Shown: positions 58,076-64,000 of the stretch, one piece after another | Position numbering within the stretch: position 1 is the first letter of the stretch | Layout of the letters: each line of letters opens with the position of its first letter | Assembly (NCBI GenBank): GCA_010909165.1 | Contig: VJWM01000003.1 | Span: forward strand, 248,001 to 312,000 | Source of the DNA: Anthoceros angustus | Taxonomy: Eukaryota > Plantae > Anthocerotophyta | DNA: 64,000 nt | Reading direction: 5' to 3' | The notes under the pieces: generated by a model | Database searches by the model: none | What the model saw: only the letters and a program-made list of their open reading frames with translations | What the model was told of the DNA's origin: nothing | Made by a program: the position numbers and the translations under genes

Positions 58076-61000
58076 ATGGCAGCTCCGAAGGCCTTCAAGT
58101 GGCCGGCACCGGCTGCAGAGAAGGGCAGTGGGAAAGAGGTGCCCTCCGAGGCGAAGAAAAAACGAGGCAGGCCAAGAAGAGATGTGGGTGAGGCGGCTAA
58201 GCCAGCTGATGCATCGAGTTTCTTTCTGCCTGCATCTGCCAGGCAGAAGCTGCAGAAGAGGGATGGTGTGGCTGTAGATGCAGAGGCAGAGGAGGAAAAG
58301 ATTGTCGTGAATCCAGATTTTGTACCAACTACGAAAAGGAAGGGCAAGGGGAGCAGACAGGAGACTGCGGTTGCCAAGGGAGGGAAAGTGGATGGGACGG
58401 AGGGGGGTTTGCCAAAACGGGCCCAGGGAGCGAGTTTGTTTGTGGCTGCATCTGCCAGGCAGAAGCTGGAGAAGAAGGAGGTTCTGGCTGTGGCTGTAGA
58501 GGTAGAGGAGGAGAAGGTTGTCTCGGATCCAGATTTTGTCCCAACCACCAAAAGGAAGGGCAAGAGGACTAGGCAGGAGACTACGGTTGCCAAGGGAAGG
58601 AAAATGGGTGGGGTAGATGGGGGTTTGCCAAAACGGGCCCAGGTGGCGAAGGTCGAGAAAGTGATCGCAGATGATGATGGGAAGGAAGGCCCTCGGCAAC
58701 TGCCCAAATGTTTGAGGACTGAGAGCAGGTTGGCAGCTGAGGAGAATGCCCGGCTTAGTGCTGGGAAGAAACTCCATCCCTTCTTTCAACGTCAAAATCC
58801 AGTTTCGGGAAAGCTTGGAAAGCTGGAGAGTGATCCTTGTGGAGCTTCTCAGACCCTGGACATTGGGTTTTTGATGCCTTGCCCGCCTTTGCATGTAACG
58901 CAGAGTGAGCATGCCGAAGCAGTCCAGCTTGATTGGGGGAGAGTTAGTTTTGTTGAAACCTGTTGTGGGAACTTTGAAAGCTCTGACCCTTGTGAGATGC
59001 CCGCTGGGTTTGTTCTGTGTAGAATTGAGAAGTCTGCCTTACCTGCTATGGATCAAGTGCTTGGTGAATTCAGCAATTCTTTTTTTGTTCCGGATGAGAA
59101 AATTGAGTACGGTGATTGTCAGGGCTGTGCTCCAGAGCACCTGGAGGACCAACTTTTGAAGTACATGCAGAGTACAGACAAGGGGTTGTGGTTGAGGGAG
59201 GATGGGTCTGGTAGCAGCCTCTCTCGGGAGAGTCTGAGAACTAGAGCTTCTCTCCTGAAGGCTTGCAGGGTACCATGGGACAGCTTGGAGAATGGGGACA
59301 GAATCGATGTTTGCAACTCCGGGACCAACCCATTGTGGACAGACATCTACCAGCCAAAATGCCCGGAAGGTGTTTGCGGCAATAGTGCGGAGGTTGGGTT
59401 TCTGGACACCTGGCTGGAGACTTGGCAGAAGAAGATTTTGAGTGGCAAGAGGTCATCAGAAAAAGGGGAAGTAGGTTTGCATGAGGATGGTGATGATGAT
59501 GACGATGACAAGGGTTGGTTTCAGGATGACAGTGATAGCAATGCGGACAGTGCGTTGGTGGAGGATGATGGACTGGAGAACACGCTCCTTCTAACTGGAC
59601 CTGTGGGTTCTGGGAAAACTGCCGCTGTGTATGCATGTGCTCTGAAGCAAGGCTTTTCAGTGATTGAAGTAAACACAGCAGATTTGCGCAATGGGCCACT
59701 GATTAAGCAAAAATTCGGAGAAGCATTAGAATCACATGGACTTAAAAAATGGTCGGGCCTGCCAAATGCAGCAGGGGCTCATCAGGAGGGCACTGGAGTG
59801 TGTGAAGCACCTGAGCCACAATTTCGAGCACCTTCAGCTTCGGACAATTCTTCTATATATCCGGCAGATGGCGCGACTAGGGTAGGAGTTAGTAGCAGGA
59901 AGTTGACTGTTATTCTTTTTGAAGATGTTGACATCATCTTTGAGCAAGATCGGGGCTTCTTTGGTGCTCTGGTAAAGCTGGTAGCAAGAACGAAGCGCCC
60001 AATAATTTTGACAAGCAACAAGCGGTGTCCTTCTGTTCCCCCAGAGCTGAGGAAGCTAAGAAGAGAATTTAAACAACCATGCACACAGACTCTGGTGGTC
60101 CATGCATGTATGGCTGCTGATGCTGAAGGTGTTGCTTGTAGCCCTCAGCTTATGGAGTGCGTCATAAAAGCATGTCAACATGACATGAGACAAGTCCTGA
60201 TGCTTCTCCAGTTTTGGAGTCAAGGGCGGAACAGCAGATGTGGGTTATCTTGTGGATCAGGGATATGTGCAGGAGAAAAGGATGTCCTTGTAGGCCCTTG
60301 CAATGGAAACAGTGCTTATTTTCTGGAAGGTTGTCAGGATTTTGAGAACCTTAGGACATCAGAACAGAGTAGGAATTGGCCCTTGAAAACAGGGGCTTTA
60401 GGATGGGATTTACAACAGCAACTGCGGCCTATCTTGCTACCCCTGAGTTTTCCATGCAGCTTGTCGCAGCATGTTGCTGGAAAGATTTCAGAGGCAGCCA
60501 GGCAGCTTCATTTATGTGCCGCCTTTGCTGGGATACTTAGTTCCACGCAAGTACAAGAAGCCACCAGTTTTCAGGACAAAGAGGAATCAGTAGATCATCA
60601 AGCTAATGTTTCAGCTCCTCGAGTTGCGGTTTGTGTCAGCCCTGCAAAGAGTATGAGGATACTCCGAGCTATAGCACGTTCTGGGCAAGGCAGCCAAAGA
60701 GTTAGCGACATCTCTGAAGCAGCTGAAATGGCCCATTGTCTGTACAAGCCGGAGGCAGGTTGTGTTGCTGAAGAGAGCTGTGAAAGCAAGCTCATGCCCC
60801 TCCAGATTGAGCAATCTGGAAAAACCGTATGCTGGTGCAAGGCTCCAGCTCAAACCCTGGGGATGGACCATGTGTGTATAGATGACATGGGCAGGAGTAT
60901 GGGCAGGAGTATGAAACCTGCCCATGCCAGTTCAGCGGACTGTGAGGATGACGACTTTCAGCCTATGCCTCCTGTACCTATGCGCAGGAGACTGATCCTT

Positions 61001-63019
61001 CGCCTGCAAATACCTCCAGAGTTAAAAAATTCAGATATAGTGAATGGAGCACCTCCAGCTCGTCGGAAACGCAGGTTGTGTAAGAAAAGTGAGACAGAGA
61101 AGAATGAATGTCAACAAGTGGTGCTTCCTGCCCCTACTGTTGTGGCAGACCCGGAAACCTGTATAGTTTCAGGAGAACGAGTATCAGATGTTGTGAACTG
61201 TGTAGACACTGACAGGGCCAACTCCGGAGATAATTGTCTGGGACTGGGCATCAATGGTGAGCCTGTGGAACCACTGACAGGTGGCATGGAAATGCAGAAC
61301 TTGGTGGTGCTCCCTGCCCCCACTGTCGTGGCAGACCCAGAAACTTGTTTAGTTTCAGGAGAGCAAGTATCAGATGTTGTGAACCGTGTAGGCACTGACA
61401 GGGCCAACTCCGGAGATAATTGTCTAGGCCTGGGTATCAAGGGTGAGCCTGTGGAAACACTGACAGGTGGCATGGAAATGCAGAACTTGTCCCAGGAGTC
61501 CGGCAATGGGCTTATTGTAGTGGATGCTGTCACAGACTTAACTTCTTTGGACTGTGAAGAGGCCTCGAGACATCAATCTCAAGCCACTGGACTGCATCCA
61601 CAGCCAGTGATCCTGAGTGTGCAGAGTGCCTTGGGAGAGCAAGTATCAGATGTTGTGAACCGCGTAGGCACTGACAGGGCCAGCTCCGGAGATAATTGTC
61701 TAGGCCTGGGCATCCATGGTGAGCCTGTGCAAATAGTGACAGGTGGCATGGAAATGCAGAATTTGTCCCAGATCTCCGGTAATGATTTAATAGTAGGGGA
61801 TGCTGTCACAGACTTAACTTCTTTGGACTGTGAAGGGGCCTCAAGAGATCAATCTCAAGCCACAGGACTGCATCCACAGCCAGTGATCCTGAGTGTGCAG
61901 AGTGCCTCAACCACCAGGAATGCTAATGCTGATGTACTCTGCTCTGAGTATCTCTCGTCAGGATCTACACATGCAGCTCAAGTTGCTACTGTGAATGTGG
62001 ATGAAGAACCATCCACTAAAGAACACTGCAGACTTGAGAATTACATGCTCAGTCGGCATCAGAATCCTGGGTTGGCCGAGATGGAATGCAGTCATGGGGC
62101 TGCTAACTTAATTGCAGATGATGACCTGGATGTTCCAGATGTTGAAGCGAACAAGAATTTGATGGAGTCTCCGGTTATAGACACACAGATGGCAGCGGTG
62201 GATAAGGATTTTGATTCTGCTGCACTTCCAAGTTGTGAAGGTCTGGACCCTCATACTCCAACAGCTCTCTCTTCCCAACAGATGGAGTTTGACGAGGCAG
62301 TCTTAAACATTTTAAGGGAAACTTGTGCAACCTCTGGGGAGGACGTGGCTGAGAACTCGGTGGCATCAGGGAAGCCTTTGGATTCCGTTTCACAGTCTGC
62401 TCTGTCCTTAACAAGGACAACCGCTAGATTGACTGATGTCATTGCGATCTTTGACATAGTTTCTAACTACTCAGCATGGGAGGGTGCGGAGAAATTATGG
62501 GGCTTCCATCTGAACAGTTTGGAGGACAAAGGTGCATATCTCGCAGATCTGGCTGTGCAGCTGTGCCTCCGACATTGCTCGGATCTGCTGCAGTCACCAA
62601 GCATAAGCAAGCCGACAGCCGACTCATCAGATACACTGCAGAAGCTTCAGCCAGGTCCGCAGGTTGGTCCTGGTCCATTTGACTGGCTCAGAACAGATGC
62701 AAACCCCTGCGATCCTGATCACAATCTCAAAAAGAAAGCTAGATGGGGGATGCTGAAGGGCATCGTGCTCAACCTCGTTCCTGCACGAGTACAGGCAGCA
62801 GTAACAGGATCCAACTTACATGACTACAGCATGGCCTTGGCCCGCATCAGCAAGCTGGAGCATCGTCGTCAGAAGTCTGCACTGACTGAAACAGGATCAG
62901 GCTCAAGACGTAGCGGTCGTGGATTCCTTCACCACCTCACGAATTCAATAGCTGAGGACAGCATCGCTGGCTTGCTAAGCCACTCCATGTTTGAACGTGG
63001 GGTATCTACCACACCATAG
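58076..63019 (+). CDS. ELG1: ATAD5/ELG1-like RFC AAA+ ATPase (PCNA unloader), single uninterrupted ORF of ~1647 aa
   Basis: LWTDIYQP, Walker A GPVGSGKTAAVYACA..QGF.VIEVN, FGEALESH, Walker-B-like ILFEDVDIIF..DRGF, TKRPIILTSN, and an N-terminal AEENARL..GKKLHPFF motif. Confidence 0.9.
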   Translation: MAAPKAFKWPAPAAEKGSGKEVPSEAKKKRGRPRRDVGEAAKPADASSFFLPASARQKLQKRDGVAVDAEAEEEKIVVNPDFVPTTKRKGKGSRQETAVAKGGKVDGTEGGLPKRAQGASLFVAASARQKLEKKEVLAVAVEVEEEKVVSDPDFVPTTKRKGKRTRQETTVAKGRKMGGVDGGLPKRAQVAKVEKVIADDDGKEGPRQLPKCLRTESRLAAEENARLSAGKKLHPFFQRQNPVSGKLGKLESDPCGASQTLDIGFLMPCPPLHVTQSEHAEAVQLDWGRVSFVETCCGNFESSDPCEMPAGFVLCRIEKSALPAMDQVLGEFSNSFFVPDEKIEYGDCQGCAPEHLEDQLLKYMQSTDKGLWLREDGSGSSLSRESLRTRASLLKACRVPWDSLENGDRIDVCNSGTNPLWTDIYQPKCPEGVCGNSAEVGFLDTWLETWQKKILSGKRSSEKGEVGLHEDGDDDDDDKGWFQDDSDSNADSALVEDDGLENTLLLTGPVGSGKTAAVYACALKQGFSVIEVNTADLRNGPLIKQKFGEALESHGLKKWSGLPNAAGAHQEGTGVCEAPEPQFRAPSASDNSSIYPADGATRVGVSSRKLTVILFEDVDIIFEQDRGFFGALVKLVARTKRPIILTSNKRCPSVPPELRKLRREFKQPCTQTLVVHACMAADAEGVACSPQLMECVIKACQHDMRQVLMLLQFWSQGRNSRCGLSCGSGICAGEKDVLVGPCNGNSAYFLEGCQDFENLRTSEQSRNWPLKTGALGWDLQQQLRPILLPLSFPCSLSQHVAGKISEAARQLHLCAAFAGILSSTQVQEATSFQDKEESVDHQANVSAPRVAVCVSPAKSMRILRAIARSGQGSQRVSDISEAAEMAHCLYKPEAGCVAEESCESKLMPLQIEQSGKTVCWCKAPAQTLGMDHVCIDDMGRSMGRSMKPAHASSADCEDDDFQPMPPVPMRRRLILRLQIPPELKNSDIVNGAPPARRKRRLCKKSETEKNECQQVVLPAPTVVADPETCIVSGERVSDVVNCVDTDRANSGDNCLGLGINGEPVEPLTGGMEMQNLVVLPAPTVVADPETCLVSGEQVSDVVNRVGTDRANSGDNCLGLGIKGEPVETLTGGMEMQNLSQESGNGLIVVDAVTDLTSLDCEEASRHQSQATGLHPQPVILSVQSALGEQVSDVVNRVGTDRASSGDNCLGLGIHGEPVQIVTGGMEMQNLSQISGNDLIVGDAVTDLTSLDCEGASRDQSQATGLHPQPVILSVQSASTTRNANADVLCSEYLSSGSTHAAQVATVNVDEEPSTKEHCRLENYMLSRHQNPGLAEMECSHGAANLIADDDLDVPDVEANKNLMESPVIDTQMAAVDKDFDSAALPSCEGLDPHTPTALSSQQMEFDEAVLNILRETCATSGEDVAENSVASGKPLDSVSQSALSLTRTTARLTDVIAIFDIVSNYSAWEGAEKLWGFHLNSLEDKGAYLADLAVQLCLRHCSDLLQSPSISKPTADSSDTLQKLQPGPQVGPGPFDWLRTDANPCDPDHNLKKKARWGMLKGIVLNLVPARVQAAVTGSNLHDYSMALARISKLEHRRQKSALTETGSGSRRSGRGFLHHLTNSIAEDSIAGLLSHSMFERGVSTTP
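58225..58645 (+). repeat. In-frame 216-bp (72-aa) tandem duplication in the ELG1 N-terminus
   Basis: ASARQKL...EEEK.V..PDFVPTTKRKGK..RQET.VAKG...GGLPKRAQ occurs twice, offset 216 nt. Confidence 0.9.
61118..61907 (+). repeat. Overlapping in-frame 186-bp (62-aa) and 276-bp (92-aa) duplications in the ELG1 C-terminal half
   Basis: VVLPAPTVVADPETC x2, VSDVVN.V.TDRA.SGDNCLGLGI.GEPV...TGGMEMQNL x3 and DAVTDLTSLDCE..ILSVQSA x2. Confidence 0.9.
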
Positions 63020-63225
63020 ATCAATCAAACAGAGTGCCCAAATGGGCAGTTCCTCACTGCCGAACCAGTTCAGGATCATCTTCAGCATATCAGACTGCTA
63101 ACACGTTAGGTATGACACACCACCAAGCACCTACCTAGCTCATTGTCCTACATCAAGTTCGTCCTGCAGCACAATCTGAGATATGAATTGGCTATGATGC
63201 AGGATGGCGAAAGCAGATCTCGATC

Positions 63226-63760
63226 ACTTAGAAAGCAGATGTAGCTCTTCCATCGTTCACCCAATTCCTCAAATCGTCCAATCTCCGAACCATTCTTTCT
63301 CTGGCATCGTTATAAACATTGTCTGCCCATGTTTTTGTCCCCACCACAGAAAGAATTCCAAGGGTATCAATCATGTGGCGGGGGCAGCAGCTACCTCCTG
63401 TCGCAACTCCCTTGTCCCTGGGCTAGATGTTCGGAGATTCATTAATGGCAAGATGCTTTTCGGGAAGGAACGTGTGCCATGCCGTGAAAGGAATGGGTAG
63501 GGCAGGTTCATCACAACAGACCTCGAATACACCTTCCCATTCAAAAGTGCCCCATGTGCAGACCCCAAGTCTTCCGCGGCTCCAAGCAATCAGAAGATAG
63601 TGGAAGAGGGAATCCTTCCCCAGACAGAGCCTTGACTCGAGAATCGGCCATGGACTTCCTGTCATGTCCTTTGCTCAACCTAGTCTTCCTTGCCCAGAAT
63701 TTGAAATGCTGGGTGACGCAGCAGGTGGGCAACAAAGGGTGCAGCAGGGACACTGTACAC
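63226..63760 (-). other. Unidentified coding-like segment (terminal exon or pseudogene) convergent with ELG1
   Basis: A frame reading PRDKGVATGGSCCPRHMIDTLGILSVVGTKTWADNVYNDARERMVRRLDDLRNWVNDGRATSAF* follows an AG at ~63423. Upstream frames are interrupted and I do not recognise the family. Confidence 0.25.
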
Positions 63761-64000
63761 ACATACAGTCCCTGCTCTCATCACCTCTCCCTCAAACGTC
63801 CAACACTCTTTTTGCCATCAAGACAGTCTCTCGTAACAGTGACACCAACAACCGGAGTGAATACCGTGGAAAACCCGCGGTCATGGTGAGGGGATTCCGC
63901 TGGTCATCGCACGCAACTGGTCAAGCAAAGCAAAAGCAAAAGCAAAAAGGCGGCCAAAGAAAGACCTGGGCCCAACCTCCTGACCCCCCGTCTGTCTCTG

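Noticed and set aside
57773-58912. 379-aa and 216-aa minus-strand ORFs
   Set aside because: Antisense shadows of the ELG1 coding region, with no recognisable motifs.

Overview
Eukaryotic nuclear DNA from a gene-dense land plant: short GT-AG introns (~80-200 nt), PLS-type PPR remnants and a thylakoid kinase. A bryophyte, probably a hornwort, is my inference and is not proven. Eight host genes can be read: a PWWP-domain protein (-, runs off the left edge), an RS-domain cyclophilin (+), a PDI-C/PDIL5-4 ERGIC-thioredoxin protein (-), an unusual ~930-aa STN7/STN8-family kinase with a long C-terminal extension (-), ceramide kinase (-), an RRA-type GT77 arabinosyltransferase (+), an AAMP/SQT1 WD40 protein (-) and an intronless ATAD5/ELG1 AAA+ ATPase (+). 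4-10 kb holds tandem repeats and a mosaic of decayed gene fragments (PPR, proteasome alpha subunit, integrase-like). 27-48 kb is a repeat-rich transposon-like block bounded by a 14-bp direct repeat, with no recognisable transposase or RT. About 12 kb between 22.4 and 48.9 kb consists of five tandem or nested duplications whose copies differ mostly by small indels. These are probably long-read assembly artefacts, so frameshifts in that interval should not be trusted. No rRNA, tRNA or CRISPR array was recognised.
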